Shown here: piece by piece, positions 1-12,811 of the stretch
Layout of the letters: the number at the start of each line of letters is the position of its first letter
Position numbering within the stretch: the first letter of the stretch is position 1
NCBI RefSeq assembly: GCF_018350175.1
Contig: NC_058368.1
Coordinates: 231,076,001-231,140,000, forward strand
Direction: 5' to 3'
Length of the DNA stretch: 64,000 bases
Source: Felis catus
Taxonomy: Eukaryota
The notes under the pieces: model-generated
Seen by the model: only the letters and a program-made list of their open reading frames with translations
What the model was told of the DNA's origin: nothing
Database searches by the model: none
Position numbers and translations under genes: made by a program

Positions 1-25
1 TTTTAAATTTTATAATATTTTTCAC

Positions 26-233
26 TTTTTTTTTAAGTTTACTTACTTAGAAAGAGACAGAGACAGCGCGAGTGGCAGAGGGGCAGAGAGAGGAGAAGAC
101 AGAGAATCCCAAGCAGGCTCCACACTCTTGGCACGGCGCCCGACGTGGAGCTCCAGCTCACAAAATTGCAAGATCGTGGCCTGAGCTGAAACCAAGAGTC
201 AGACGCTTAACTGACTGAGCCACCCAGGTGCCC
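26..233 (-). mobile_element. Can-SINE (SINEC)
   Basis: Poly-T, (GA)n body and reverse tRNA-like head ending cccaggtgccc. Confidence 0.9.
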
Positions 234-470
234 TTGTAATGACCCTGTTCCTAAACAAGGTCACGTTCTGAGGTACTGAGGGTTAGGACTTTACATACGG
301 ATGGGGTGAGAGACACAATTCAATACATAACATTCTATGTAAGTTATTTTTGTTACAACCTGCACCTTAATAGGTTGGATCTGCTTTAAGTGGTTGTAAT
401 ATCTGTAACAATAAAATGGGGGCATGAAAATACCCACTTGGTACAACTACCTCAGAAAACTGAGATTTTT

Positions 471-666
471 GAGGCTCCGGGTGGCTCAGTCAAGCATCTG
501 ACTTTGGCTCAGGTCATGATCTCACGGTCTGTGAGTTCGAGCTCCTTGTTGGGCTCTGTGCTGACAGCCTGGAGCCCCCTTGGGATTCTGTGTCTCCCTC
601 TCTCTCTGCCCCTCCTTCACTTGCCCTCTGTCTCCCGCTCTCTCTCAAATAAACACCCAAAAAAAC
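471..666 (+). mobile_element. Can-SINE (older)
   Basis: gggtggctcagt head, CT-rich body, AATAAA/A tail. Confidence 0.9.
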
Positions 667-686
667 TTTTTTAAAGAAAACTGAGG

Positions 687-912
687 TTTTTTTTTTTTAA
701 TTTTTTTTTCAACGTTTATTTATTTTTGGGACAGAGAGAGACAGAGCATGAACGGGAGAGGGGAAGAGAGAGAGGGAGACACAGAATCGGAAACAGGCTC
801 CAGGCTCTGAGCCATCAGCCCAGAGCCCGACGCGGGGCTCGAACTCACGGACCGCAAGATCGTGACCTGGCTGAAGTCGGACGCTTAACCAACTGCGCCA
901 CCCAGGCGCCCC
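687..912 (-). mobile_element. Young SINEC_Fc-like
   Basis: Intact CpGs; TSD aagaaaactgag at 674-685 and 913-924. Confidence 0.93.
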
Positions 913-2123
913 AAGAAAACTGAGTTTTTAAAAAGCTAAACATAAGCAAACTCTGCGATCCCCGCATTCGCTCCAAAAGAGACACTAAACAGAAATGTGT
1001 TCACCAAAAGACATGGAGGCGGATTCGGACAGGATCTGCCCTTCTGAAACCTGAAACATTGCCAGGCCCACCCACGGCAGTTCCGGTACATCGTGGAGTG
1101 TTCGAACGGCAGAGTTCTGCTCAGCAATGAAAAGGAGGAAGCTCCAGCCTCGTGCCACAACACAGATCGAGCGAACATTTAATTCAGGCGCCAAAAGCAA
1201 CCAAAGCCCAAAAATGCAGGGGAAAGAGCAGAAACAAGGATGAGGAAGGTATAAAAACAGGCCAGAAGCAAGGTGCGCTTTGCACCTGCTCTTTGATTGA
1301 AAAGGCTCTGTTCCCTGGAAGGCTGGCGTGTGTGGGGATGCAAGAAACACGGAGAAGGGGAGCTCAGTGGGAGACGTGGGGGTCATTCCCGGTACAAGAA
1401 TAGTCGGGAATTTAGCCCAGCCCAGGGAAGAAAATACAAGCTTCCTTCGCCTCTCGGGCTGGGCTGGTTCCAGCCTTGCGGCGCAGAAGTGAAATAAGAG
1501 AAAGGCGTTAACCGAAAGGAAGTGTTGTTTCCTCTGTTTCCGAGACCACAGAACTGGCGCAGAACGAAGCTCTTTAGTCACACTTGGTGGCCCTGGTGCG
1601 AGCTGCCGGAGCACCGTGACTTTAGCGTCTCTTAACGGGGCGCCCTTCACCTTTCCAGGCCGGAGCTGATTTTTGGAAACGGCCAGGAGTTATTCAGAAT
1701 CAAGTCAGGTGATTGAGCTGGGTGACCAAACTCCGTTCCATTTGACGAGGCGAAGCCCACACGTGGCCACAACGTGACATTCCTGGTTTCCTCGTGTGGG
1801 TTGTCATCTGGTGCTCAGAGCGGTTCCTTACAAAAGTCCCGAAGCGGTCTGAGCAAGGACAACAGCCCCGAGAAAAGCTTGGAGTTTCCGAAGGTGGCTC
1901 CTCTGAGGCACAAAAGTGCTTCTGCCAAAAAGCGGATCCCTGACTGTCGCGTTCCCCTTATCGGACTCCCGCCCTCAGTCCGTTTCACTAAAGGTCATCA
2001 TCCATTTTCAGACACAGTATAAGGGGGTCGTTGTGGGTGCCTACAAGGAGAAGAGGGTCAACACCTGGGGGCTGGCCGTGGAGTGTGACAGATGGGCAGG
2101 CGGAGGACCGGGTGGACGCTACC

Positions 2124-2563
2124 TGTATTCGCCTCCTGTGGCTGCCACCACGAACGCGGTGGCTTAACGGAAATTTACCGTCAATGTTCCGGAGGCTGGA
2201 AGTGCAAGATCGAGGTGTTGGCAGGGCCGTGCTCCCTCTGAGGCTCTGGCTAGACTCCTTCCCTGCTGTTCACCCTCCTTCGGGTGGTCGGCCAGCCACC
2301 TTTGACATCCCTCGTCTTGTGCACGTACGGCTCCAATGTCTGCCTCCGACTTCGGGGGTGTTTTCCCTGCGTGTTCCCGTGGCCATGTGGCCATCTTCTT
2401 CCAGGACGCCAATCCCACCGGATACAGGCCCACCCGCTCCAGCGGGACATCTCAACTCATGACATCTGCAATGACCCCGTTTTCAAATAAGGTCACGTTC
2501 TGAAGTACTTAGGGTTAGGGCTTCACCGTATCTTTTTGGGGGGACACAGTTCCATCCATGACA
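2124..2563 (-). mobile_element. MLT1-type (ERVL-MaLR) solo LTR
   Basis: TG...CA termini and typical MLT1 motifs (ggaggctggaagt, caaataaggtcac, gggggacacagttc). Confidence 0.75.
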
Positions 2564-2656
2564 CCGCCTCTGTCACACCTGGGACGGTGTTAAACAGGCC
2601 CACCTGTCCTCCTGTACATCATTCCGTCCAGACAAATCCTTTCTTTTTCTTCTTAA

Positions 2657-2884
2657 CTTTTTTTAATGTTTATTTATTTATTTTTTTTGAGAGACAGAGA
2701 GAGAAAGAAACAGAGCATAAGTGGCAAAGGGGCAGGGGGTGGGGGGGAGACACAGAACCCGAAGCAGGCTCCAGGCTCTGAGCTGTCAGCACAGAGTCCG
2801 ATGTGGGGCTTGAACTCACGAACCCCGAGATCGTGACCTGAGCCGCGGTCGGAAGCTCAACCGACTGAGCCACCCAGGCGCCCC
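2657..2884 (-). mobile_element. Can-SINE
   Basis: TSD agacaaatcct at 2630-2640 and 2885-2895. Confidence 0.92.
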
Positions 2885-3543
2885 AGACAAATCCTCCCTT
2901 GGAGATCCAATCCGTTGTGCCCAGAACACCTCGAAATGAAATTGTTGTGCTTTTTCCTTCCCTTTGTCTCTGACAGGTGCCCACTCACTGAACAGGCTCC
3001 TTACTGCAAAACACAGAAGGTAGGGCTTTTCATTCCCACACTAGGCTCTTGAGACCCAGAAGGGAAGGTAGGAGGGCTTTGGAGCAGGTTTAAGTCTTAA
3101 CAAAAACAAGGGAGCGGGGAAATTGATAGCTCCGCCCGCCGAGGCCTCTGCGGAAGTCACAGGGGTGGGGCATGGGGGGGGTGGGTATTGGGGTGGGAAA
3201 GATGGGGTCTGAGTGGGGAGGCTGTAGAAAGGAGGTGTTGGAGAGGGAAGACTGAGTCTGGACTCCCAGATGTTACTGGCCAGAGGATGGGCGGGAGCCC
3301 AAGGAAGCTGAGCCAGGGGCACAGGCCTTCCCAGGGTGGGTGTCATTCCTGGGGGTCGTGGATCAGCTTCCCGTGTTGCCCCTTCACCTTCAGCTGCCCT
3401 GCCTGCCTCTGGCTCCTTCCGAACATTCTCCACGCCCTGAGGCATTGCTGCCCCAGGCCCCTTCCCGACAGCCTGGAGGTGCGCCTTGGCTCCGAAGAGA
3501 TGCCGGTGGGGAGGAGGGCGGTCTCTCCCAGCACCCAGGAGGC

Positions 3544-4008
3544 TGCGTTCATTTCCCCCCGTGGCTGCTAGAGCAAAGGACCACAAAGTGGGTGGCTTAA
3601 AACAACAGAAACGTATTCTCTCACAGTTCTGAAGGCCAGAAATCTGAAATGAACGTGTCCGAGGCGTCACACCCTCCAGAGGCCCCGGCAGACAACCTCT
3701 TCCCTGCCTCCTTCCGCTTCGGGGGGCTGCCCGCCTTCCTTGGCTGGTGGCCGTATCACTCTGATCCCTGACCCCCCCCCCACCCCTGATCACACGGCCC
3801 CTCCTCTTCTGTGTCAAATCTTCTGCTTCCGTCTTATAAGGATACGTGTGGTTGCACTTGGGGGCCCCCTGGACAACCCAGGATAATCCCCCCATCTCGG
3901 GGTCCTTAACTTAATTGCCTATGCAAGGACTTTACCGCATAAAGTACCCTTTGCAGTCGCGAAGATTAAAGTCTGGTGTCTTCGGGCATCATTTTTGAGC
4001 CCACAATA
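3544..4008 (-). mobile_element. MLT1-type solo LTR
   Basis: Motifs gggtggcttaaaacaacagaaa, ctcacagttctg and ccaggataatc. Confidence 0.8.
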
Positions 4009-4429
4009 GCGAGAATGGGTGCGAGGCACCCACGCTGGTAACCAAGAATTGCTGACAGGGACCAGCTGGGGCACACGGGCCCCTCCCTCTCTCACCCCCC
4101 CCCCCACAGGCGCCCTGAGGGGGCCCCCTCCGCTGCGGTCCTCAGGCTCTAATCTAAGGACGAGAGCAGATCCTACCCGCCTTCCCTTCTAGCTCTCCGC
4201 GGGGCTCCCTGTGTCCAGAGGGCATCTCAGTGGCCCAGAGCACGCGGCGCTCGCCAGCTCAGGGAAGGCCCATCCACCGGCCAGCCTCCCGCACTTCCAA
4301 CTCTGCGTGGCCAAGGGCGGCCACCTGAGCTGGCGGCCTCGGTGGCTTCCGTGACAGGCATCCCCCCCCCCCCCACCTCCAGCTTCATCCAACGTTCATC
4401 CAGTTGGTGACTCCATACTCTAAGACCTC

Positions 4430-4592
4430 ACGGCTCAAGTGGGGTGTGGGAACAATGGCGTCACCGTCGCCTGGGAGCTTGCTGGAAAATCAAGAGTCTC
4501 GGTCCCTGCCCCAGACCTCCCGCATCAGAATTTGCATTTCAACCTGATCCCCAGGACATCCTCGGGCGCGCTGCAGCGAGGCGAGCACTGGT
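4430..4592. mobile_element. MER5A-like hAT DNA transposon
   Basis: Core cctgggagcttg...ccccagacct...atcagaatttgcatttcaac...atcccc. Confidence 0.7.
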
Positions 4593-5166
4593 CTGGTCAC
4601 CACTAGGGTGGGTCCCTTCTCACCAACACAACAGCTCGCTCCGTTCAAGGCCTGGTCCTGTCTCTCCTGGCGGAAGGGCGTGGGCTCTGTGGCTCTCTAG
4701 GATGTGGTTCGGTGGCAAAGTGGCATTCTTTTGGGTTACCTTCCTGACGGTTATCTATTTTGAGTTTCAGATAACATTCTAAACCCTGGCTTGGGTCCTT
4801 ATTCTATGGGGCGTTTCTCTCGACCGCCCACACCCAGCGAGCGGCACACCCAGCCTCCCCCCGGCCACCTGCCCAGCGAGCTCTAAAACCCATCTGGGTC
4901 CGGCCTGCCCGCCACGAACGCCTGTTGTCTATCTGTAGGCATTTCATCCCTTTCCTCCAGAAAAGGTCTCCCGGGAGGGGGGGCACACTCACCAGCTTCC
5001 CTGCACCCAGCTCAGGACCAGGTCCCATGGTGGTCACATAACTCGGGCCTGCCCGTGTCCTCGGTTCTCCTGGCCACAGTGATTGGTCCAGCGTTTTGTC
5101 ACGTGACTGAAACTAGACCAATCAGAGTCCTTCCCTGGGGCTTTTTATACTGAAGCTGGGAAATAG

Positions 5167-5167
<1 letters not shown>

Positions 5168-5207
<40 letters not shown>
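5168..5207. repeat. (TC)n microsatellite
   Basis: Read directly. Confidence 0.95.
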
Positions 5208-5209
<2 letters not shown>

Positions 5210-5814
5210 GGTCCTTCTATACAGGGTCTTGTAAACTGGTATGATGTTAGTAGGTACTGTCACACCAAGGTACTCCCTCATGGCAGCCTCCACTCAGGGG
5301 TACCCGTCCCATGGCACCGGCCCACACGTGGATTTGGCTTCTGTCCTTTGCGACTGAAAAAGTCCTCACGCATTCCCATCTTGAAGCATCTTATTGTGTG
5401 CCATGCTGGGGGACAGGGTCACTCCCCTGGAGTTGGCATCCACAGGCCCTGCCCCGCAATTTTACTCCATGTCCATCACTGCCCCCCACTGGGCCCGACG
5501 TCCCGCACTTGGGGCCCTCCGAAGGCGCTGGCCATCTTGGCATTCCTTGGCTTGTGGCTGCTGGGAAGTTCCAGGCCCTCGGTTTCCTCCCGGTGTTTCC
5601 GCGTCCGCACCCAGCGACAGCATCGTCCCACGGCCCCGCACTAACTTGCACCTGTGTTTCCCCTTCCTGAGCCATGAGCATCCCGGAGGGACGCTTGCAG
5701 CACTGGGGTCCAGTGCCTTTCACAATCATGGGACATCTGTAGCAAGTACTGTGGCGGGAACATCCAAACTCCACGCGTGGCTTTTGAACTCCGTGTTCGT
5801 GAACCTGCGTTTCA

Positions 5815-5975
5815 GCGGATGTTCATGACTGTCAGGCTGTAAACTGCCTCTGTCTCTGCATCCTTAAGACGGGGGAGATCATGGCTCTTGCATCACAGGC
5901 TCCTCAGGAGGAGTCACCGGGGGCCCGTGAAGCACTTAGGACCATGTTTGGCATCTGGTAAACACTTCCAAGGAC
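5815..5975 (+). mobile_element. MIR fragment
   Basis: MIR-core-like tgcctctgtctctgcatccttaagacgggg...agcacttaggaccatgtttggca. Confidence 0.55.
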
Positions 5976-6257
5976 GTACTTGTATTGTGTACATCTCCTC
6001 CCCTCCCCCTACTTCCTCTTCCTTCTCTCGCCTTCTCCGAGTCTTCTCCTGTCATTTCCTCACACCCCTTCTCTGCCTCTCAGCTCAAGGTGACTGTCTG
6101 CCCTGGGCACCTGCCCAGCTCCGGGGGAACGCTAGGGGCTGGCCACTGAGATGGCCGAGAGGCCCCCTGAGCAGAAAAAAATACCCCTGCAACTCCATTT
6201 AGCCGTCTGGCTTGCTTCATTCCATCCCCACCTACCCACCCCCGATTGATTGATTGA

Positions 6258-6473
6258 TTATTTATTTATTTACTTTAATTTTTATTTTTGAGAGAGAGAA
6301 AGAGAGTGAGAGTGGGGGAGGGACAGAGAGCGAGGGAGACACAGAATCCGAAGCGGGCTCCAGGCTCCAAGATGTCAGCACAGAGGCCGACGCGAGGCTC
6401 GAACCCAAGAACGGCGAGATCATGACCCGAGCCGAAGCCGGTCGTTTAACCGAATGAGCCACTCAGGCGCCCC
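6258..6473 (-). mobile_element. Can-SINE
   Basis: Standard SINEC structure. Confidence 0.92.
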
Positions 6474-7513
6474 ACCACCCCCAATTTAGAGCCTATTTCC
6501 AGCTAGGTGACCCAGGGCACCGATGTCCTTATCCTCTAGACATAATCCCTGGCTTATCCCCTGGGATTGATGGGCCTTAGAGCCCTCTGACAGACGCTGA
6601 GGGGCTGTGTCGTCAGAAGGAGTCAGCACGGGCCCCAGGAAGCTCTCCTGACCCTGAGGAAGAGCTGTCCAAGGTAAAAGGACACGTTTTCTCCTGCACA
6701 GTATCTTTTCACTCCAATTATGCTGTTCCCCCCGGTCAGGTTCGCTTAGGAAATTTTAACATGTGAATAGTCAGCGCTGACCATCTGGATTGCTCTCTGA
6801 GAAGCCAGGGGAGTCACTAAATTGCCATTCAGTGGACAATCTGGCCCCCCGAGTCAGGGCATGGGGCTGCGAGCGGGCCCTCCGGGTGGACCCCCGAGGT
6901 CAGCAGCAGACAGCGCATCCGGAACGGTGCTTCTTCGCAGCCGGATCCTTCTGCTGATGTCACTGCTGAGCATTCAGAGCGACACTCGGTGGCGAAAGGG
7001 CTAAGTCTGGAGGGACACGGAGGCAGAGGTGTGGAGTGCTTCCTGGTCACGTGCTTCTCTCGCTTCTGCCTGTTCGCCTCCCGGCCTGCTTCTCTCTGGT
7101 GACAGCACCCCGATTTGCCGTCAGGAGGCCGCCTGTCCCCGTGTCAGTCCAAGAGTGAGCGTGGGACCCGGGTCCCGCCACTCAGGCGGCCCCACTTCCC
7201 TGCTTGCTCTTCTCCATCTGGACGGGCGGGTTCCCAAAGCCACCCCAGAGAGGCCCCCGAGCCCACCAAAATCTCAAGCTGAGCCCAGAGATGGGGAAAG
7301 GAAGGTTTGTTTGACTTTTTCGGAATGACCAGATCCAGCCGCTTCCGGAGCCGACCCTCACCGGCTGTTTCAGCCTGGGAACCCGTAAGTTCTCTTTTCT
7401 GCACAACCGGCGAGGCTAGGATCCCTGACCCGGCAACCAGAGCCCGACGTTCCTTCCCGTTCCCCCACGCCCACCCCCTTCCTGGCCCGCAGCCCGCACC
7501 TTTGCCGAAGGCC

Positions 7514-8123
7514 TGTATCAGTCTCCTTGGGCTGTCCTCGAAGATGACCGCACACCGGGGCTTCAAACAGCAGGAGTGTGTCCTGCCTTGCAGTTCCGGA
7601 GCCAGGGGTCCACATGTAAGGTGTCGGCAGGGGTGCTCCCTCTGAGGGCCGGGGAGGATCCCGCCTGCCTTTTCCAGCTCCTCGTGGCTCCAGGTGTTCC
7701 TTGGCTCACGGCTGCGTCGCTCGGAACTCTGCCCCCAACTTTACCTGTCCCTCTGCGTTCTTTCCTCTTACAAGGCTGTGATTTTATTTATTTATTTTTT
7801 TAACGTTTATTTTTGAGACAGAGAGAGAGCGAGCATGAACGGAGGAGGGTCAGAGAGAGGGAGACACAGAATCTGAAACAGGCTTCAGGCTCTGAGCCGT
7901 CAGCACAGAGCCCGACGCGGGGCTCGAACTCACGGACCGCGAGATCGTGACCTGAGCCGAAGTCGGCCGCTCAACCGGCTGAGCCACCCAGGCGCCCCAA
8001 GGATGTGATTTTCAATCGACATCCATCTGATGACATCTGCAAAGACCTTATTTCCAAACAAGTTCCCATTCACAGGTTCCAGGCGGGCTTAAGTGTTGAG
8101 GGGAAACTATTCAACCCCCTGCA
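7514..8123 (-). mobile_element. MLT1-type LTR interrupted by a SINE
   Basis: MLT1 motifs on both sides of the SINE at 7785-7998. Confidence 0.7.
7785..7998 (-). mobile_element. SINEC_Fc-like
   Basis: TSD aagg(c/a)tgtgatttt at 7771-7784 and 7999-8012. Confidence 0.93.
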
Positions 8124-8467
8124 AAGCCTCATCCCTTCCTACACTGCGAGCATCGTGGTCCCATGACCCCCAACTTTGCCTCCACACCCTGGGAGGGCTC
8201 TGGCTCTCAATCTGGTTTGATTCGGGATCCAGATTACCCCTCCCAAAACTCTCATTCCAGGAGTTCCCATGTGCCACCTAAAACTTGCCAGAATTTATGG
8301 GTAAGAAAGGTATGCAATGCTGATGGTATTAGAAGGTCCAGGAAATGACACTGGCTTCTTTTATTTTTTTCCCTTTGGAGCAGGTCTTCAATATACCAGA
8401 AAGGCTTTGATATGAGGGACTATTATAGCAAGTTACAGAAGCATTTGAAAAGGTCTGTCTTTTAAGA

Positions 8468-8687
8468 GTTTTTGTTTTGTTTGTTTTTATTTTTACTTTT
8501 TGAGAGAGAGAGAGAGAGAGAGAGAGAGCACAAATGGGGGGGGTGGAGCAGAGAGAGAGAGGGAATCCCAAGCAGACACCATCACAGAACCAAACTTGGG
8601 GCACGACCCTATGACCCTGGGATCATGACCTGAGCCAGAGTCAAGAAAGAGTTGGATGTTTAACTGACTGAGCCCCCCAGGCGCCCC
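8468..8687 (-). mobile_element. Can-SINE (older)
   Basis: SINEC structure. Confidence 0.85.
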
Positions 8688-8694
8688 TCGTTTT

Positions 8695-8880
8695 TATCCT
8701 CAATTATGGTAAAATACACATAACATAAAATTTATCCCTTTAACACTTTTAAGTATACAGTTCATTCAGTGGCATTAAGTCCATTCACACTGTTTTGGAA
8801 TCCCCACCCCCACCGTCCCTCTCCAGAACTTTCCGTCATCCCAGGCCAAAATCCTATATCCGTTAAACAAAGCTCTCCAA
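8695..8880 (-). mobile_element. Old L1 (L1M-type) 3' end fragment
   Basis: ggtaaaatacacataacataaaattt...cagtggcattaagtccattcacactgtt. Confidence 0.7.
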
Positions 8881-9621
8881 GCAGAGCCCCATGTTGCTGA
8901 ATTAGGAGACGGAATATTTTGGCAACAGACCACACAGCTGTCGAGGGAAAGCTCAGCTGGGGATCAGTTTCCTCCAGGATGGAAAACAGGACTTCCTGGC
9001 CACCTGCTTGTCCCCTCCGGCCACACCCCATGCCCTGCACTCCTGAGGGCCCTTTCGGCGGCCTTCACTGCGCTGAGCTTCTGGTTCTTGAATCTGAAAG
9101 CCAGACGTGGGCCTGATTTGTCTGAAGCCCATGCAGCTAGCTCTGAGGCCTCAGAACGGACAGACGGTCCACTCAGTCTTGGAGGAGGGACCAGAGACGT
9201 GACGGAGAGGGTTAGCTCCAAAGCTCACACCCGTGGAGCAGGGCTGTTACAGAGAAGGTGCTTCCCAGCCGGGCACTGCATTTCCCAGCAGCCCTGTGGG
9301 CGCATGGGGCTCGGGGAACGGGAACAGAGTCTCGTAGGTACCGTCCAGGCTAGGGCAGGGAGGAGCTGATTCCCTCCTGCTTCCTCCCTACCTTCACAGC
9401 CCAGGGTCGGGAGACAGGAAACTTCTGTGAAGATGGTAAATACTTGCCCCTGACCTACCCTGGTGCTTCCCCACGTGGCCCCCATGGCGAGGCACCTCCC
9501 TCCCCTTGGGAAATGTGGGTAACAACCCATCTTTCCAATCTGTTGGCCTTACTATACCTCAAGTTTCCTACCAATACACTATATTTAATTTAATTAATTT
9601 ATTTATTTTTAATACACTACA

Positions 9622-9830
9622 TATTTTTAATTTTTTTTTCAGTGTATTTATTTTGAGAGAAAAAGAGAGAGCACGCCTAACACCGAAGGGGCAGAGAGAG
9701 AGAGAGAGCAGGAGAGAGAGAATCCCAAGCAGGTCCCACAACGCAGGGCTCGAACTCACCAACTGTGAGATCGTGACCTGAGCTGAAACCAAGAGTTCAA
9801 CGTTCAACCGACTGACCCCCCAGGCCCTCC
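9622..9830 (-). mobile_element. Can-SINE
   Basis: SINEC structure. Confidence 0.88.
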
Positions 9831-12519
9831 TATGCTATATTTTAAAGCAAAGATTATGATGCTTGTTCTACTATAACGAAGCCCTCTTTCCTGACCCAGG
9901 AGCCCCGAGCCACCTGGCAGTGTCCATGACTCTGAAGGATTGACAGGCCAATCCCAGACCTCTCACAGTCTGACAAGACCCAGGCCCGATACCTCGATGG
10001 GTTTCATGAGAGCTGCGGTGTCCGAAGAAAGCAGTGGAAGGTCTGGAAGCAAAGAAGACGCCCATCCCCCTCCCCCCCCCCCCCCATGTCCTGGGCAAAT
10101 TGGGCGTGAGAGAAAGCAGATCTTCTTGAAAGAGCTGTGCTTGGGAGACCCGCTTTCCAAAAGGGGGCGGAAGTGTGGGGTCACAGGGGGACACCACGCC
10201 TGTGGAGTCTAGAGCAAGACCCACGAGGTGTTAATGCTCACACGACCCCCTTCCCCCAGGGAGCTGGTGAGAAGGCAGACAGATTCAGGAGGTCTGCAAG
10301 CTCCCAGGGGAAGCCGATGCTGTTGGCCTTGGACACGCTTGAGCAGGGTCCTGGGGACGGACGCACTGGACACAAGGCTGGCATTTACCCCCGTGCCAGG
10401 AGTTTGGGACGGAAACTTCCTTAGGCCTGCCACCTGCACCACCCTGCCTCGTATGGAATCCCATTGCCCTGTCCCCACCTCAACAGGCACAGTCTCAATT
10501 CCCAGGTATGCATCCATTCGGCGACCAACATGGGGCACTGTGGCTATGACCGCCGGGGACCTTGGGAATTTTCTGAGACAGAAGATGGGCTTCTCAGAAT
10601 GGCCCTGACCTCTCTTCCCTCCTAACATCCCCGGGAGCACCTCCAACCTCTCAGAAATTTGGCTGCGGGGCCCGTCGCCTTGCACATAGTTGGGGGTCCA
10701 AGAAATGGCTTCTGAATTAATAACAAAAATCTATCAATCTGTATTTGCATCTTACAGCTCCAGGGGACCTCTGAGAGAAAGAAAACTCCCGGCAGAAATA
10801 GCCACATTTGCTTATGGCCTGTTTGTTCATTTATCTGCTCTTCTGGAAACTAAGAAGCCCTTATTTTTAGCACCTCCCATGCTGAAGCATGGATTTTTTT
10901 TTTTTTTCCTTCAAGCTCTCTTAAAAAGTTGACACTTCCCAGCCTATAAACTGCAAAGTCGTGTCAAGGTTCAACAGAAAGACACAGTGGGGGAAGAGGC
11001 CTCCTGTCCCACAATCCCAGGAAACACTCACAGGAAGAAAGAGTGTCCCTGAAGCAGGCCCCCCGGCAAAAGGCCCCACTCCTTCAACCTTGGCTCACCC
11101 TATGGAGTAGGGGGCGGCTGTTCTGTCTGGAGTCTCCTCCCTGCGTTGACCGCTTGACCAAGTGAAACTAACCCATGGTAGTTTATAAGCCTCTCACTGG
11201 AAAAATGTGGGGTGTGTGAGCCAAGCGTGAACCCCCGTTTTAAAAACATTTGCAAGGGGATAGTTGTGGCAACCGAGGTTCGAGGCTCGAGATGTTTCTA
11301 GCTCTGACTCACCGCGAGAACTTGGGCAAGTCTGAATTCTCTGGGTCTCGATTTCTCTGTGAGGGACAGGGGAATAATGATTGTACACCCCTCTCCCCAG
11401 TTACACCCCTAGAACTCGAAAGAGCTGTTGCCCGCTCTACGTGACTAATTTTTAGCTCAAACATCCGTGACATCTCTTAATGTCCGTACACAAGGAACCA
11501 TGATTCTAGCAGCCGCCTCAAAAACAGACCAGGGGAGTCGTAATAATTAATAATGCAGTGCTAGGACATAGATTTCCAGGGCGGTAATCTTCTTCGTGCC
11601 TCTGTGAGGACAGGGGGTGGCTGGTATGAGTGAGAACGTCACCATCATTATCATCATCATCATCACCGTTGATCTTTGCAATCAGGAGGTGCATTCTTCC
11701 CTAGAGCCCTCAAGACACTGTGGCCTGGGCTTCCTGTCCCCAGAGCTACTTCTGTTATGGGAAGTCCCGCCCCCAACACGTGGCACTTGGAAATTAACAC
11801 AGAGGGGAGCCAGGGCCCGGACGAGAAGGCCCCAAAGGGAGCTCCGGAGGCGGCCAGAACACCCCGGGGCTGCAGGCTGGGCACCCGAAAAAGACTCAGG
11901 TCCCTCTGGTGCCATCTGACCCACGGTGGGAAGCAGTTGGGGCGGCCGCCAGGCCAGCGCGCCCCCAGGATCTATGTCAGTCCCGGCCTGTCCCAAGCAG
12001 CCTGGCTGTCCACCAGGCTGTCACCAAACTGACGGAAGACCCAGATGAGGACGGGCTTTGTGGAATGTGTTCTCTGAGCGCTCGCTGCCCGAGAGGCTGC
12101 CTGACTGAGTTCTTTGGACGGGAAATTGCAGAGACGAGGCTCCGTGTCCGCGCCTCTCATCCTTCTGCACCATACACGCGCCCTTTTTTCTTTCTTCATT
12201 TCCCCATTTCTCTAAGCTCCTGTGAGTGCTCTGATTGCCAACCCAAATCCTGCCTGCCCGTCCATCAGTAGGTCCCAGCCCCGGTCCTCACTGGTCACAT
12301 GACCACATCCTCATTGGCCACGTGACGCCTGGTTACAGGGACACTTCACCTTCTCCTTCTACCAAGTTCTAACGACATAGGAGCACCTTCCTCCTCTCGG
12401 TGAAGGGGGCGGGTCTCCAGGGCACAGGAGGCTCTTCTCGGAGCGCCCAGTGTAGTCAGGCTCAGGAAAGGACTCACAGTCTCAGGAATCCACGGGGCGT
12501 CAAGGTTAATTGCAAAGAC

Positions 12520-12811
12520 CAGGGGCCAGCAAACAGCCTGCGAGCCAAGAACGGCTGTTACGTTTTTAAATAGTTGAGTAAAAAAAATAAAAGAAGACTA
12601 TTTTGTGACACGTGAAAATTACATGAAATTCGAAGTTCGGCGTCCGCAGGCAAAGTCTTACTGGAACACGGCCACACTTAACTCGCTTCCACATTCTCTG
12701 TGGCTGCTTTACCCTTCGGCCACAGAGCTGAGTAGCTGTGACAGGCGGCACAACCCGCGGAGCCTAACATGTGTACCAGCTGATGTTCCTGAGAAAGGTT
12801 GCTGGCCCGTG
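12520..12811. mobile_element. MER58-like hAT DNA transposon
   Basis: Starts caggggccagcaaac; internal gtgaaaattacatgaaattc...actggaacac; ends gttgctggcccgtg. Confidence 0.7.

Noticed and set aside
390..923. ORFs with AQVMISRSVSSSP / GRHRIGNRLQA motifs recurring across the window
   Set aside because: These are translations of Can-SINEs, not a gene family.
985..1650. 221-aa minus-strand ORF
   Set aside because: Partly overlaps a decayed L1-like remnant; no homology recognised and no splice structure.
3041..3895. 284-aa ORF, the longest in the track
   Set aside because: Half of it lies in an MLT1 LTR and the rest in G/C-rich low-complexity DNA; no recognisable domain.
12313..12326. ERSE-II-like ATTGG CCACG
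   Set aside because: Lacks the 1-nt spacer of ATTGG-N-CCACG and is far from any promoter.
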